Assembly: GCA_945878405.1 (NCBI GenBank)
Contig: CAMCTJ010000007.1
Location: 74,779-138,778, forward strand
Direction: 5' to 3'
Source: Bdellovibrio sp. ZAP7
GTDB taxonomy: Bacteria; Bdellovibrionota; FAC87; UBA2466
Length of the DNA: 64,000 nt
The position numbers and the translations under genes are program-made. Shown here piece by piece: positions 1 through 10,941 of the stretch. Below the pieces are notes generated by a model. That model saw only the letters and a list, made by a program, of their open reading frames with translations, made no database searches and was not told where the DNA came from. Numbering within the stretch: position 1 is the first letter of the stretch; every line of letters begins with the position of its first letter.

Positions 1-2
1 AA

Positions 3-719
3 TTGCTCCACTACGCGGAACAAGACGTGGCTCACTTGGTTTCCCTCGGTACAAAAATGAAAGAAATTTTGGATGGGCACGAACGCTGGGAGTGGGCTCT
101 GGAAGAGAGTGAAACAGAACCCTCGCATTTTGATATCTCGCCCAAGGATTTAGCCACAAAAATGGCTAAAGGAGCACATCTTGAAAAAGAGCAACCAGTT
201 CTCACCGAATTGGTGAGTTGGCGTGAAAGTCGAGCTAAAGAAGCCAACTTGCCGCGCGGGTGGATTGCAGACAATGAAGTGTTGATTGCCCTGGCTAGGA
301 GCCAACCTAAGAGCTTAGAAGAGCTAAAAACATTCCGTGGCATTCATTCTAAAGAAGTTGAACGAAGCGGAGGAGTTATTCTGGAGGCGATCAAAAAGGG
401 GCAGAAAGTAGAGGTTGAAAAAGCTCCTGAGCCGCGAAAAGAGATTCCACGAATCGATTCACACGCCGTAAACCTGATTGAAACCTACCTGACTTTTTTA
501 GCTTCTCGAGCAGAAATCATGCCTCGATTTTTGATGAATAACCACCAGACGACTCAGATCCTTTATCATCTTGATAAATCAAAAGAGCAGTGGGTCGAGA
601 TGGGGATTCTGACTGCACAGGCTGCTAAGCTTATCGGGGATGATTTGAAAGCCCTTTTTTCCGGTAAAAGAGCTCTTCGGATTGAAAACAAGCGTTTATC
701 TATCGTTGATTTAGACTAA
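3..719 (+). CDS. rnd: Ribonuclease D, C-terminal part (5' end lies outside the window); exonuclease motif III-like YAEQDV..L followed by an HRDC domain
   Basis: ORF runs off the left edge. 'HYAEQDVAHL' resembles the DEDDy exonuclease motif III. 'LVSWRESRAKEANLPRGWIADNEVLIALARSQP..LEELKTFRGI' is a typical HRDC helicase/RNaseD C-terminal domain. Confidence 0.6.
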   Translation: MLHYAEQDVAHLVSLGTKMKEILDGHERWEWALEESETEPSHFDISPKDLATKMAKGAHLEKEQPVLTELVSWRESRAKEANLPRGWIADNEVLIALARSQPKSLEELKTFRGIHSKEVERSGGVILEAIKKGQKVEVEKAPEPRKEIPRIDSHAVNLIETYLTFLASRAEIMPRFLMNNHQTTQILYHLDKSKEQWVEMGILTAQAAKLIGDDLKALFSGKRALRIENKRLSIVDLD

Positions 720-783
720 GCGAAACCCTCTTCGATGTCGCTTGGCGATAAGTTTTTTTCGCATTTGTGTCGAAAATAAGAAT

Positions 784-1293
784 GTGAAAAAACTCTTATT
801 ATCCTTTTTCTTCATTTTTCCTTTAGTCGGCCATACGACTGATTTTCAATTCCCTGAGGATTTAGGGGGCGCTAAGTCGGAAATCACGGTAATGGAGGCT
901 CTCGAATTCGCAAATCCCGATAATTCTTCCAAAGAAGAATCTGGACCTGTTGATCCGGCTGAGGAAGCTAATGAACCGGAGAGCTACGTATTAAGTCAAA
1001 AATTGGTGGAAGGCGTTGGGGATCCCACTCGCATTGATGCCTTTGAAAAGGGACTCTATGTAGAAGAAAACCTGCTTGAGGGAGATTTTGAGAAAAGAAC
1101 CGGGGAAGAAAAAGATAAAGAGAAGAAACAAAAAGAAAATGACCTATGGTTTGGTAGTGCCGCGAGCTCTGATGTTTTGAGTATTCCCGATCCGCTTGCA
1201 GAAAATGATTCCCTTCTCAGTAACTCTCCTTTCGATGAAGAAGCTACAGAGACTTGGGGAGATGAGTCCTCTTTTGAAGAAAGCCCTCTTTGA
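784..1293 (+). CDS. Acidic secreted hypothetical protein (likely GTG start giving signal peptide MKKLLLSFFFIFPLVG)
   Basis: ORF 742-1293. An in-frame GTG at 784 yields a classic signal peptide. The mature part is highly acidic (E/D-rich). No recognisable family. Confidence 0.35.
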   Translation: MKKLLLSFFFIFPLVGHTTDFQFPEDLGGAKSEITVMEALEFANPDNSSKEESGPVDPAEEANEPESYVLSQKLVEGVGDPTRIDAFEKGLYVEENLLEGDFEKRTGEEKDKEKKQKENDLWFGSAASSDVLSIPDPLAENDSLLSNSPFDEEATETWGDESSFEESPL

Positions 1294-2053
1294 AAAGACA
1301 GACAACTGGGGCGTGGTCTGAGGGCTGAGTCCCCTTTCTTTCATTCCTGTCGACATAAGCATCTTCAATAAAAGAAACCGCTTTCGACGAGCCCAAAATA
1401 AAATCAATTCGTAATCCATGATTTTTAGGAAAAGAAATGTTGCGGTAGTCCCACCAAGTAAATGCCTCCCCTGTAGGATGTATTTCTCGATAAAGGTCCG
1501 TTAACCCCAGTCCCATTATCGTTTTAAGTGATTCTTTCTCAGGATCAGAAAAGAGAACTTGATTTTCCCAAGCCTTAGGATCGAATACATCTTCTTCCGT
1601 GGGCGCGATGTTAAAGTCACCACAGACGAGAACTGGAGAATTTAAATCCACTTCTTCTTTCAAAAACGCTCGGAGATGTTCAAGCCATTTAAGTTTATAG
1701 CGGTACTTATCTGATCCGACTTCCTGGCCATTGGGAACATAAACGCAGATAACCGTAACCCCATCAATTTGCGCTCCAATCAATCGGGCTTCAGTGTCTG
1801 TTGGAGCAGTTTCAAAGCCTTTCCAGATTTTGCTTGGTTTAACTTTTGAAAGAATGGCGACCCCATTATAGGTTTTTTGACCTAAGACGATTGATTCAAA
1901 TCCCTTTTCCCGTAGTGCCTCAAAAGGAAATTTGTCTTCAGTGCATTTAAGTTCCTGTAAACAAACGACGTCAGGATCTTCTCTTTTTAGGAGTTTGCTC
2001 AGACGGTCGAGCCGCACATTGATTGAGTTTACGTTCCAGGTAACAACTTTCAT
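1244..2053 (-). CDS. xthA: Exodeoxyribonuclease III (AP endonuclease, EEP family)
   Basis: 269 aa. Starts 'MKVVTWNVNSINVRLDRL..' and contains 'VVCLQELK', 'VCGDFNIAP' and C-terminal 'SDHAPV', the canonical Xth/APE1 motifs. Confidence 0.85.
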   Translation of the reverse strand: MKVVTWNVNSINVRLDRLSKLLKREDPDVVCLQELKCTEDKFPFEALREKGFESIVLGQKTYNGVAILSKVKPSKIWKGFETAPTDTEARLIGAQIDGVTVICVYVPNGQEVGSDKYRYKLKWLEHLRAFLKEEVDLNSPVLVCGDFNIAPTEEDVFDPKAWENQVLFSDPEKESLKTIMGLGLTDLYREIHPTGEAFTWWDYRNISFPKNHGLRIDFILGSSKAVSFIEDAYVDRNERKGTQPSDHAPVVCLFKEGFLQKRTHLPKSL

Positions 2054-2068
2054 TTAAAAATCCAGGTT

Positions 2069-2422
2069 ATGATAAAATGTTCAGTCATGGAGATGGTTTT
2101 AGCCTACGTGACAGCCAAAGACAAAGCCGAAGCCCAAAGACTAGCTCAGGGCCTTTTGGAGCAGCGTCTGGTGGCCTGTGTCAACGTTTTAGAGGGAATG
2201 AATTCTTTCTACTGGTGGAAGGGAAGGATTGAGCAGGGGCAAGAAACTGTGTTGTTACTTAAAACTCGATCCGACAAGACCCAACACATCAATGAATGGA
2301 TAAAATCATTTCATAGCTATGAAACCCCCTGTGTGCTTTTTTTGCCAATCACGGGAGGTAATCCAGCTTATCTTCAGTGGTTGAATTCGGAACTGAGTTT
2401 GAAAACAAGTGAGGAACTATGA
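2069..2422 (+). CDS. cutA: Divalent-cation tolerance protein CutA
   Basis: 117 aa with 'AQRLAQGLLEQRLVACVN...FYWWKGRIEQGQE..LLLKT', the conserved CutA1 core. Overlaps the next gene by 4 nt. Confidence 0.75.
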   Translation: MIKCSVMEMVLAYVTAKDKAEAQRLAQGLLEQRLVACVNVLEGMNSFYWWKGRIEQGQETVLLLKTRSDKTQHINEWIKSFHSYETPCVLFLPITGGNPAYLQWLNSELSLKTSEEL

Positions 2423-4149
2423 GTAAAACAAACGGAAGCTTTATGCGCGCTTTGTGCATGGGAAAAATTGCTGAAGACATCATTTTCCCGTATCCAAAAA
2501 TGAAAACGGATGAGAAGGAAACTTTAAAAACCATCTTTTCGTCATTTTCCTCGTGGCTAAAAGGGAAAGATTCAGATTTTCGAAAGTGGGACAAACAAGG
2601 GGAAATGCCTAAAGAGTTTCTCCAAGAAATGAAAGAGTTCGGTCTTTTTAGCTTCATAGTTCCCGAAGAGTTTGGAGGCTTGGGACTTTCGGTGACTGGA
2701 TATTCGCGGGTTTTGCAGGAGTTAAGTCGATATGAGGCTTCAGTCGCAATCACCGCAGGAGCCCATAGTTCGATCGGAATGAAAGGCCTCATCTTATTCG
2801 GAACCGACGAGCAGAAGAAAAAATATCTTCCAAAATTAGCTACTGGTGAAATGGTCGCCTGTTTCTGTCTGACGGAGCCCAGTGCAGGCTCAGATGCCGC
2901 GGGAATCAAATGCAAAGCCGTGAGAGAGGGAGATTCCTGGGTACTCAACGGAGAGAAAATTTGGATCACCAATGGAGGTCTAGCTGATTTTTTCACCGTC
3001 TTCGCTAGAACAGACTCCCCTGAGGGACAAATTACTGCTTTCATTGTTACTCGAGAGATGGCGGGAGTATCAACGGGTCCTCATGAAGATAAAATGGGGT
3101 TAAGAGCAAGTTCAACGGTTACGGTCAGCTTCGAAAATGTCCGCGTCCCCAATGACCATGTGCTTGGGGAAGTAGGAAAGGGTTTTAAAGTTGCGATGAA
3201 AATCCTAAACAGTGGTCGTAGTGGCCTGGGCGGGGGCTGCATTGGAGGAATGAAGCGAGCTATCGCTCTGAGTACCCATCAGGCAAAAAGTCGCCAGCAA
3301 TTTGGAAAACCGATCGCTGACTTCGGGCTCGTTAAACAGAAAATCGGGCACATGGTAGTCGAATGTTACGCAACTGAATCCGTGGTCAATTTAGTGGCCG
3401 GACTAGTGGATCAAGGACACGAGGACTATGCAGTAGAAGCTGCGATTAGTAAGGTGTTTGGAACGGAATGTCTCTGGCGAACTCTCGATGAAGCTCTTCA
3501 AATTGCAGGAGGAGGGGGCTATATGTGCGAGCTTCCCTATGAGCGAATGCTTCGAGATGCCAGAATTAATCGGATTTACGAGGGAACTAACGATATTTTA
3601 AGACTCTTCATTGCACTCACAGCAATGCACGATGTGGGGCAACAGTTAAAAGAATTGGCTGGAAGTCTGGGGAAAGTATTTCTAGATCCCATCAAGGGAT
3701 TTGGCATCTTCTCGGATTACGCCAAAAAACAAGTTTCTCTTACGACGGGACTGGGGAAAGCCACCTTCACAATGGCACATCCGAGTCTCAAGGAAGAAAC
3801 AGAGATTTTTGAGGAGTGCGCTAAAGATCTCGCTAGTTTTGCAGACCGAATCCTTCGCAAACACGGAAAAAAGATTGTGGACTTACAATTTCCCACAAGA
3901 CGTCTTGCGGATGCCATGATCGATCTGTTTGCACTTGCTTGTGTGATCTCCCGAGTGACCTCCAGCATCGAGGAAAAGGGGCCAGAAAAAGCCGCTAAAG
4001 AGAAAGAAATCCTCCATGTTTTTGCGGGACAGGTTCGAAGACGGGTTAAAAGTAATTTTGGCAAAATCGACGAAAATGATGACGAGCAAATTATTTCGCT
4101 GGCCGATTATGCATTAGAGACTGAAGGGTTTGGTTGGGATAATCTTTAG
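2419..4149 (+). CDS. Acyl-CoA dehydrogenase, long form with C-terminal extension
   Basis: 576 aa. Contains '[18 protein letters not shown]', 'WITNGG' and 'YEGTNDI', the hallmark ACAD motifs. ATGA overlap with cutA. Confidence 0.85.
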   Translation: MSKTNGSFMRALCMGKIAEDIIFPYPKMKTDEKETLKTIFSSFSSWLKGKDSDFRKWDKQGEMPKEFLQEMKEFGLFSFIVPEEFGGLGLSVTGYSRVLQELSRYEASVAITAGAHSSIGMKGLILFGTDEQKKKYLPKLATGEMVACFCLTEPSAGSDAAGIKCKAVREGDSWVLNGEKIWITNGGLADFFTVFARTDSPEGQITAFIVTREMAGVSTGPHEDKMGLRASSTVTVSFENVRVPNDHVLGEVGKGFKVAMKILNSGRSGLGGGCIGGMKRAIALSTHQAKSRQQFGKPIADFGLVKQKIGHMVVECYATESVVNLVAGLVDQGHEDYAVEAAISKVFGTECLWRTLDEALQIAGGGGYMCELPYERMLRDARINRIYEGTNDILRLFIALTAMHDVGQQLKELAGSLGKVFLDPIKGFGIFSDYAKKQVSLTTGLGKATFTMAHPSLKEETEIFEECAKDLASFADRILRKHGKKIVDLQFPTRRLADAMIDLFALACVISRVTSSIEEKGPEKAAKEKEILHVFAGQVRRRVKSNFGKIDENDDEQIISLADYALETEGFGWDNL

Positions 4150-5743
4150 AGTAAATCCTTTGGTACCAAAAATAATTGTTCAAAACAAAACCGGTATAAT
4201 CTCTCGTTTCTCGATAAGGGATAAGATCCAAGAAAAGCAAGGGGTCTGATACTGGATAACGCTTTAGCCAACGACTAACCACTTCATCCCCGGCATTGTA
4301 GGCAGCTATTGCTAAGGGAAGACGATCATCAAAACGAGACAAATCCATTTGAATATGTCTTGCTCCTAATTCGATGCTTGTCTGGGGATTAAAAAGATCC
4401 GTCTGGTCTTTTCCCATCATTCGTTTTGCAGTGTTTGGATTAATCTGCATGAGTCCTTGTGCATCAGCCCACGATACTGCTTTTGGATTAAAACGACTTT
4501 CCTTTCTCGCAATCGCCATCAGCAGATAGGCGTCTACGCCTTCATTATTGCGAACAAAGAGTTCAAAAAATGGCCGCGGATACATTTGTTCGAGAGTCAT
4601 CTTATTCGCTAGGTGAGGTTGTGCTAATAAGACAGCAGGAATTTGGGTAATGGCGGTAGGGGGATCTGCAAGCGAAGCGAGATGCAACCTTACTTCACCT
4701 TCGAGACGTTGGTATTTTTTAAAACTCCATTCCGCAATAATGGCTGCCGAAAAATCAAACCCAAACTGCTTTAATATTTCAGCTTGTTTAATAAACGCAT
4801 TTGCTTTGGGGGATCGTGCACTTCGTGATTTTTTAATGGGAACTGTGTTCTGCCATCCAATCAAGGGCTCTGTTCCGACCTCCTGAGATGCTATGAGGGA
4901 ATGAAATGAGAGCGGGTGTTTAGCTAAAAGACGAGTGAGGGTTAATTCCGCTGCAACTTTATTTCCAGACAATTTCTGCGCTTGCGCAAGCCAGTAGAAA
5001 GCTCTTCCAGAAAAAGCGTCCATCGGCTGCACTTTTCTCAAAACCGACGCCGCTTTTTTGTATTCAGTGGCCCAAAACAAAAACAGTCCAGCTCGAGTGT
5101 AATAATGTTCCTGATCGATAGGATCGCGACGCGCACATTTTGCTCCCGCCTGGTACAAATCTGAAATTAAAACCTGGTGATTTCGTGTGGGCAGAAAGTC
5201 TTCGAGCATGGCAGCGACCGCTACTGCAAATCTGTTTGGGCATTTAGATTCTTTTAGGGTTTTCTCAGCAAGTAACAAGAGGTCTTGTTCGGAAGAGCCC
5301 GAGAGGCCTTTAAGAAGAGGTTCCATCTCAGAATGACGGAGTGCTTTTAAATTTACGATTTGGCCGCTCTCAATTTGGGGACGCACAGGAATAACCTCTC
5401 GTCTAGGAGGGGCAGTCGGGGTAATCGTTTTGTCCGCTACCAAGCGCAGCAGTTTTTGTCTTTGAAAAAAACCAGAACAAAAGGGGTTTGCTTTTTCCGC
5501 GTTTAAGCAATTCTTCACAATAGTCTTTTGTTCGTCCTCGGTTAGTTTTCCTCGAAGCATTCGATCAAAATTTTGTGCCTGACTAAAAAGAAGACTGCCA
5601 TCTCCCAAAATTGAGTCGGGGGGGCGATCACTGAAAAATTCATCCGCTGGGAGAACTGGGGAAGAGGGGACAGATATCGTTGAACACTGAGCCAAAACCA
5701 AAAAAAGGCAGATGCCCAAAACGAATTGGTGAAAAAGATTCAT
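4091..5743 (-). CDS. slt: Soluble lytic murein transglycosylase (Slt70-like; superhelical N-domain plus SLT catalytic domain)
   Basis: 550 aa with N-terminal signal peptide. Catalytic signature '[28 protein letters not shown]' and 'AYNAG'. Confidence 0.8.
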   Translation of the reverse strand: MNLFHQFVLGICLFLVLAQCSTISVPSSPVLPADEFFSDRPPDSILGDGSLLFSQAQNFDRMLRGKLTEDEQKTIVKNCLNAEKANPFCSGFFQRQKLLRLVADKTITPTAPPRREVIPVRPQIESGQIVNLKALRHSEMEPLLKGLSGSSEQDLLLLAEKTLKESKCPNRFAVAVAAMLEDFLPTRNHQVLISDLYQAGAKCARRDPIDQEHYYTRAGLFLFWATEYKKAASVLRKVQPMDAFSGRAFYWLAQAQKLSGNKVAAELTLTRLLAKHPLSFHSLIASQEVGTEPLIGWQNTVPIKKSRSARSPKANAFIKQAEILKQFGFDFSAAIIAEWSFKKYQRLEGEVRLHLASLADPPTAITQIPAVLLAQPHLANKMTLEQMYPRPFFELFVRNNEGVDAYLLMAIARKESRFNPKAVSWADAQGLMQINPNTAKRMMGKDQTDLFNPQTSIELGARHIQMDLSRFDDRLPLAIAAYNAGDEVVSRWLKRYPVSDPLLFLDLIPYRETRDYTGFVLNNYFWYQRIYSKDYPNQTLQSLMHNRPAK

Positions 5744-6219
5744 ACTTCGTTGCCTCTTTGAGGATCTTCTCTGTCCTCCTGCTCTTCTTCATCTTCCTGT
5801 TCTTCTTCGGTAGACACTGAATCGGGCTCACCATGTCGGATAAGCGCGCCATAATGGTTGGTTAGGGACAGTGAAAACAAGGTTAAAAGAGCTGTAATGA
5901 GCCCAAGCTTTTTAGTCCAACTTGAAACCTGGGTTTGACGAAAGGTAAGTGAAATAATCAGAAGAATAGAGGTCAGAATCGCAATAATGATAGAAATCTT
6001 AGCTAATTTTTCATGTTCCGACGAAAAAGATGCCTCGAGTAAACTTCCAGATAAATAAGTTGGGATGACTAGGAGGCACGCGATAATAGTCCAGATAAGA
6101 CCGATAGTTTCCCAATCCTTCTGTTTTTTTTTCCAGGCTAATCCAAAAAGAATCAAGGCAGCTAAGAGAAACAAGAGAGGAGAACGACTCAAGAATAGGT
6201 GGATTTGCGTTCCGGTCAT
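5740..6219 (-). CDS. Small polytopic membrane protein with acidic C-terminal tail, co-oriented with and overlapping slt
   Basis: 159 aa with about 4 predicted TM helices. C-terminus '[15 protein letters not shown]'. ATGA overlap with the slt start. Confidence 0.4.
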   Translation of the reverse strand: MTGTQIHLFLSRSPLLFLLAALILFGLAWKKKQKDWETIGLIWTIIACLLVIPTYLSGSLLEASFSSEHEKLAKISIIIAILTSILLIISLTFRQTQVSSWTKKLGLITALLTLFSLSLTNHYGALIRHGEPDSVSTEEEQEDEEEQEDREDPQRGNEV

Positions 6220-6337
6220 TAATCTTAAAATATGGGTTTAGGAGCGGGCTGTAAACCCCTAAAATTACATAAAAATAGCGCTAAACGTTCTCGTTGCCAT
6301 GAGAGGGATGGTTCGGTAGGTTTAGAGGCTAAATTTC

Positions 6338-7516
6338 ATGCAGCATTTTGATTACGACATTTTGTTAGTTGGGGGCGGGTTAGTTAACGGGTTACTAGCC
6401 TGGCAACTAAAGCGGATAAAACCGTGGTTGAAGTTTTTAGTAATTGAGCGAGGGATTTCTTTTGGGGGAAGAAGTACGTGGTCTTTTCATGAGAAGGACC
6501 TTACTCCTGAGAGCCTGAATTGGATCCGGCCACTGGTGTCAGCTTCTTGGCCGTTTTACCAGGTGGTGTTTCCGGAATACGAACGCCAATTGGATAGTCG
6601 GTACTACAGTATTCGATCACGGAAATTCCATGAAGTGCTCTTTCAAGAGTTATCTGAGAATGTGAGATTTAATACGGATGTTCTTGCGGTTTCTGAGAAC
6701 CAAGTTGTTTTAAAAGATGGTAACATTCTTTCCGCTAAGGTGGTCATTGACGGGCGCGGAAAGCTTGAGCTCGAAGAAGGCGCTTGTGGATTTCAAAAAT
6801 TCTTTGGTCTGGAAATAGAACTGAATCATCCTCATGGCCTGAAGGCTCCGATTTTGATGGATGCTACTGTTGAGCAAAAAGAGGGTTACCGCTTTTTGTA
6901 CTGTCTCCCTTGGAGCGAAAACCGACTTCTCATTGAAGATACTCGATATAGTGAGACTCCCGAGGTTGATTCCGAGCAGTTCCGAAAAGAAATTTTGGAA
7001 TATAGTGCAGAAAAAAATTGGCAAGTCAGAGAAGTGTTTTACGAAGAGACAGGCTGCTTGCCCCTCCCACTAAAAAAACAGTTTTGTTTAGGGGGGCGAT
7101 CTCCGGAAAGCCTGAGAGAAACGCCACTGACCGTGGGAATGAGAGCGGGATTGTTTCATCCGACCACCGGATATAGTTTGCCGATGGCAGTTCAAACGGT
7201 TGACCTGTTGTTAAAAACACATGATGAGTCGAGTTGGGCTCAGACGTTAGAACATTTTTCCGAGAGTATCTATCGTCGTCAGTGGTTTTTTATTTTGCTT
7301 AATCGGGTAATGTTTTTATCCAAATGTCCAGAACAACGTTTTCAATTTTTGCAGCATTTTTACCGGTTACCGATTGACTTAATAGAAAGTTTTTACGCAA
7401 ATCGATTGAGTCTTTTTGAAAAAGCTCGATTTTTTCTTCGAACACCCCCAGTGCCAGTGAGAGCCGCTTTGTCAGCACTGAGAAAGGAGCTAGCACATGA
7501 ACTCTCATCAGAGTAA
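6338..7516 (+). CDS. crtY: Lycopene beta-cyclase (CrtY/CrtL family flavoprotein)
   Basis: 392 aa. N-terminal FAD fold 'YDILLVGGGLVNGLLAWQL'. Overall layout matches the CrtY family. First gene of the overlapping crt operon. Confidence 0.7.
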   Translation: MQHFDYDILLVGGGLVNGLLAWQLKRIKPWLKFLVIERGISFGGRSTWSFHEKDLTPESLNWIRPLVSASWPFYQVVFPEYERQLDSRYYSIRSRKFHEVLFQELSENVRFNTDVLAVSENQVVLKDGNILSAKVVIDGRGKLELEEGACGFQKFFGLEIELNHPHGLKAPILMDATVEQKEGYRFLYCLPWSENRLLIEDTRYSETPEVDSEQFRKEILEYSAEKNWQVREVFYEETGCLPLPLKKQFCLGGRSPESLRETPLTVGMRAGLFHPTTGYSLPMAVQTVDLLLKTHDESSWAQTLEHFSESIYRRQWFFILLNRVMFLSKCPEQRFQFLQHFYRLPIDLIESFYANRLSLFEKARFFLRTPPVPVRAALSALRKELAHELSSE

Positions 7517-8501
7517 TTGGCTACCGACTGCTAGGGCACTTGAAGAGTGGCTCGATCTGACGGAAAAAAGAGGCATTGAGGATCTTATTGGTAAGAGTCT
7601 TCTCGCGCCTCTCAATGAGTTTTTAAATCGGCCCAGTAAACACTTTCGTGGGCAACTAGTCAGAAGTGGTTTTGATCTGGTGAGTAACGGCGAAAGCCCC
7701 GGAAAATACGTTGAAGAGGCTATGCAGGTTCTCGAAGCCATTCATGCAGCTTCGCTAGTAGTGGATGATATTCAGGACAATAGCGAATTACGTCGAGGGC
7801 AGCCGGCACTTCATAGAACCTACGGTCTTGCCGTTGCCTTAAACAGTGCCAACTGGCTTTATTTTTGGCCTTTGGAAACGATTGAGCAATGGAGTGTTTC
7901 CGCTCAAACCAAGTTCGAATTAACGCGGGTTTGTCACCGCGCCCTTATTAGAGCTCATTCGGGTCAAGCGCTAGATGTGGGAACTCCGGTTTCTGAGTTG
8001 CCTCAAGAGCGAGTGAAATCAGTTTGTCTTGCTTCCCTTGAATTAAAGACCGGAGCCTTAACAGCTCTTGCGTTCGAGTTGGGAGCTGTGCTTGCTGGAG
8101 CGACTTCTGAACAAGTTTCTGAACTGTCTCGGGTAGGATGCGACTTTGGAACGGCTCTTCAAATGTTTGATGACTTAGGCAACATCAAGGAAAAGACTCC
8201 CCCAGATCCAAAACGGTTTGAAGATTTAAAAGGGAAACGTCCCTCGTGGGTTTGGGCTTCAGCAGCGGAGCTCCTCTCGAGCGACGAATACAGTCGGTTT
8301 AAAGAGGTGGTAAGCAGGCTGCCTGAAGAAGTAGAACTGAATCATTACTTTCAGAAAGCAGAGTGGATAGGTAAGGCGAAAAGGAACGCTCAGGAGTTTT
8401 TAGATGGGACTCTGGCGAGACTTGATCGCAAAATATGGAATGCAGCTGCAGTAGATAAAATGTTTATAATGGGTGAAACCCTAAAGAGGTCTTATGAGTA
8501 A
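7497..8501 (+). CDS. crtE: Polyprenyl diphosphate synthase (GGPP synthase-like, CrtE)
   Basis: 334 aa. First Asp-rich motif 'VVDDIQDNSELRRG' and second 'QMFDDLGN'. Overlaps crtY by 20 nt. Confidence 0.7.
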   Translation: MNSHQSNWLPTARALEEWLDLTEKRGIEDLIGKSLLAPLNEFLNRPSKHFRGQLVRSGFDLVSNGESPGKYVEEAMQVLEAIHAASLVVDDIQDNSELRRGQPALHRTYGLAVALNSANWLYFWPLETIEQWSVSAQTKFELTRVCHRALIRAHSGQALDVGTPVSELPQERVKSVCLASLELKTGALTALAFELGAVLAGATSEQVSELSRVGCDFGTALQMFDDLGNIKEKTPPDPKRFEDLKGKRPSWVWASAAELLSSDEYSRFKEVVSRLPEEVELNHYFQKAEWIGKAKRNAQEFLDGTLARLDRKIWNAAAVDKMFIMGETLKRSYE

Positions 8502-10941
8502 AAAAACACAGGCAATCGTCATCGGAAGTGGCTTTGGAGGTCTTGCTTGCGCCATTCGGCTGCAATCAGCTGGAGTCCAAGTCACCCTCTTGGAAAAACG
8601 TGATAAACCCGGGGGCCGAGCTTACGTTTATAAAGATAATGGATTTACTTTCGATGCTGGTCCAACGGTGATCACCGCCCCGCCTTGTTTAGAAGAACTG
8701 TTTGAACTGTCCACTCGAAACATTAAGGACTATGTCGAATTGGTTCCTGTTACCCCCCTCTATAAGCTGTTCTGGGAAGATGGATATGTTTTTGATTACA
8801 CCAACGACCATGAAAAAACTCTTGAGCAAATCCAAAAGCTCAATCCAGAAGATGCTAAAAATTACACCGAGTTTTTAAAGTACACGGAAGAGGTTTTCGA
8901 AGAGGGCTACACCAAATTGGCTCATGTTCCGTTTTTGGATTGGTGGAGCATGATTCGGGTGTCGCCTCAACTGATGCGTCTTGAGGCCTATCGTTCTGTG
9001 TACGGGATAGTGTCCAAGTACATCCAAGATCCCCATCTTCGTCAGGCTTTTAGCTTTCATTCACTCTTGGTGGGAGGCAATCCGTTTAGTACCTCCAGCA
9101 TCTACACGCTGATACATTTTCTTGAGAGAAAATGGGGGGTCTACTTTCCTATAGGGGGAACGGGAGCTCTCATTCAGGGGCTCGTTAAGCTTTTTGAGGA
9201 TTTAGGCGGCAAGTTGGAGTGCAATACAGAGGTGCATGAAATTGTAACTGAAAACGATCGCGTAAAAGGTGTCGTCACTAAAAAAGGGGAGACGCTCTTG
9301 GCCGATTTGGTTGTCAGTAACGCGGATGTCTTTCACACCTATCACCATCTCCTTAAACGAGAACCGAAGCTAGATAGTTCTCGAAAGAAGCTTGAGCGTA
9401 GTCGCTTTAGCATGTCTTTGTTCGTGATTTATTTTGGCACCAATAAACAGTTTCCACAGTTTGAGCATCACAACATCGTGTTTGGGCCTCGATACAAAGA
9501 GCATCTGGCGGATATTTTCAAACGAGGTGAACTGGCAGAGGATTTCTCACTCTATGTACACCGACCAACAGTGACGGATCCCAGCTTGGCGCCCGAGGGG
9601 TGCGATGCCTTCTACGCGCTTTCACCGGTCCCACATCTAGAAAAATGTGATGTTGATTGGACCGTAGAAGGTCCCCGTTATGCCAAGTCAATCATTGATT
9701 ACCTGGATGAGAGATACTTGCCGGGCCTTTCGGAATCTATTGTTACCCAACGAATCTTTACGCCACTAGACTTTGAAAGCGAACTCAATGCACGTTGGGG
9801 ATCGGCATTTTCATTGGAGCCAGTCCTTCATCAAAGTGCCTATTTTAGAACCCATAACCGAGACGACCAGTTTTCTAACCTCTATTTTGTGGGGGCCGGA
9901 ACCCACCCCGGAGCAGGGATTCCTGGAGTAGTCGGCTCGGCAAAAGCAACAGCTGGTTTAGTACTTGAGGATATAAAAAAAAAAAGATCTGTAACGACCG
10001 AGAGCCAGACCGAAGACCTAGCGAAACAGTGTCAGACCATCATTGAGAAAGGGTCTAAGAGCTTTTCGTTAGCCAGTCGTCTGTTTGATGAAAAAACTCG
10101 AGATGCCGCTTGTTTTCTCTATGGCTGGTGTCGTTACGTGGATGACGCAATCGATGAAGTTGAAGATCCCTCAAAACAAAAAACAGTTCTGGAGCAATTA
10201 AAAACCGAGACGCAACAAGCTTTTGACGGAACGCCTACTGATAATGTTGTTTTTCAGGCGCTCGGCAAAGTTGCAAAGGATTATGAAATTCCCAGCTACT
10301 ATGCTTTGGAACTTCTCAAAGGCATGGAGATGGATGTAGAAAATAAGCGCTATCCTGAAATGAAAGACCTCAGCCTCTATTGTTACCGTGTTGCCGGTTG
10401 CGTGGGCCTTATGATGAGTCACATCATGGGTGTTTCCGAAGAGGGAGCGCTTAAACACGCTTCTGACTTAGGAATTGCAATGCAGCTTACCAATATTTCA
10501 AGAGATGTGATGACAGATGCGAGAATGGGAAGAGTTTATTTGCCTCTCGGCTGGCTTCAAGAAATGGGGATGGAAGAAAAAGACGTTTTGAATCCTGCCT
10601 TTCGTACTTCAATAGCTTATTTTGTTCGAAAGCTTTTGAGAGAGGCTGAAGCCCGTTATGAATTGGGGATTCAGGGGCTTAAATTTCTCCCTTGGAGATC
10701 GGCTTTGGCAGTTTCAATGGCCATCTGTGTCTACCGAAAGATTGGAAGAAAAGTTGAGGAGCGACGGGAAAAAGCCTGGGATTCTCGCACAGTAGTCACA
10801 AAAACGGAGAAGCTACTTTGTGTCTTTAAAGCGGTTGGGTATGTCGCTCGAACGTTACGATATCGACTTTTAAAGCCGTGGAAAAAAGTAGATAATTTAC
10901 AACTCTGGAGACATCAGTGGAACACAGCCGAACTTTCTTAG
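8494..10941 (+). CDS. crtIB: Fused phytoene desaturase (CrtI, N-terminal ~495 aa) and phytoene synthase (CrtB, C-terminal ~310 aa)
   Basis: 815 aa. N-terminus 'AIVIGSGFGGLACAIRL..GGRAYVY' is the CrtI Rossmann fold. The C-terminal half has 'SKSFSLASRLF..YGWCRYVDDAIDE..ARMGRVYLP', the squalene/phytoene synthase motifs. The linker contains an A11 run at 9975-9985. Confidence 0.8.
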   Translation: MSKKTQAIVIGSGFGGLACAIRLQSAGVQVTLLEKRDKPGGRAYVYKDNGFTFDAGPTVITAPPCLEELFELSTRNIKDYVELVPVTPLYKLFWEDGYVFDYTNDHEKTLEQIQKLNPEDAKNYTEFLKYTEEVFEEGYTKLAHVPFLDWWSMIRVSPQLMRLEAYRSVYGIVSKYIQDPHLRQAFSFHSLLVGGNPFSTSSIYTLIHFLERKWGVYFPIGGTGALIQGLVKLFEDLGGKLECNTEVHEIVTENDRVKGVVTKKGETLLADLVVSNADVFHTYHHLLKREPKLDSSRKKLERSRFSMSLFVIYFGTNKQFPQFEHHNIVFGPRYKEHLADIFKRGELAEDFSLYVHRPTVTDPSLAPEGCDAFYALSPVPHLEKCDVDWTVEGPRYAKSIIDYLDERYLPGLSESIVTQRIFTPLDFESELNARWGSAFSLEPVLHQSAYFRTHNRDDQFSNLYFVGAGTHPGAGIPGVVGSAKATAGLVLEDIKKKRSVTTESQTEDLAKQCQTIIEKGSKSFSLASRLFDEKTRDAACFLYGWCRYVDDAIDEVEDPSKQKTVLEQLKTETQQAFDGTPTDNVVFQALGKVAKDYEIPSYYALELLKGMEMDVENKRYPEMKDLSLYCYRVAGCVGLMMSHIMGVSEEGALKHASDLGIAMQLTNISRDVMTDARMGRVYLPLGWLQEMGMEEKDVLNPAFRTSIAYFVRKLLREAEARYELGIQGLKFLPWRSALAVSMAICVYRKIGRKVEERREKAWDSRTVVTKTEKLLCVFKAVGYVARTLRYRLLKPWKKVDNLQLWRHQWNTAELS

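Noticed and set aside
2349-3044. 231-aa minus-strand ORF
   Set aside because: Antisense to the well-supported acyl-CoA dehydrogenase gene. No motifs and no RBS.
3682-4089. Cluster of small ORFs (3682-3864, 3701-3919, 3717-4064, 3883-4089)
   Set aside because: All embedded in or antisense to the 3' part of the acyl-CoA dehydrogenase gene. Composition is atypical of real proteins.
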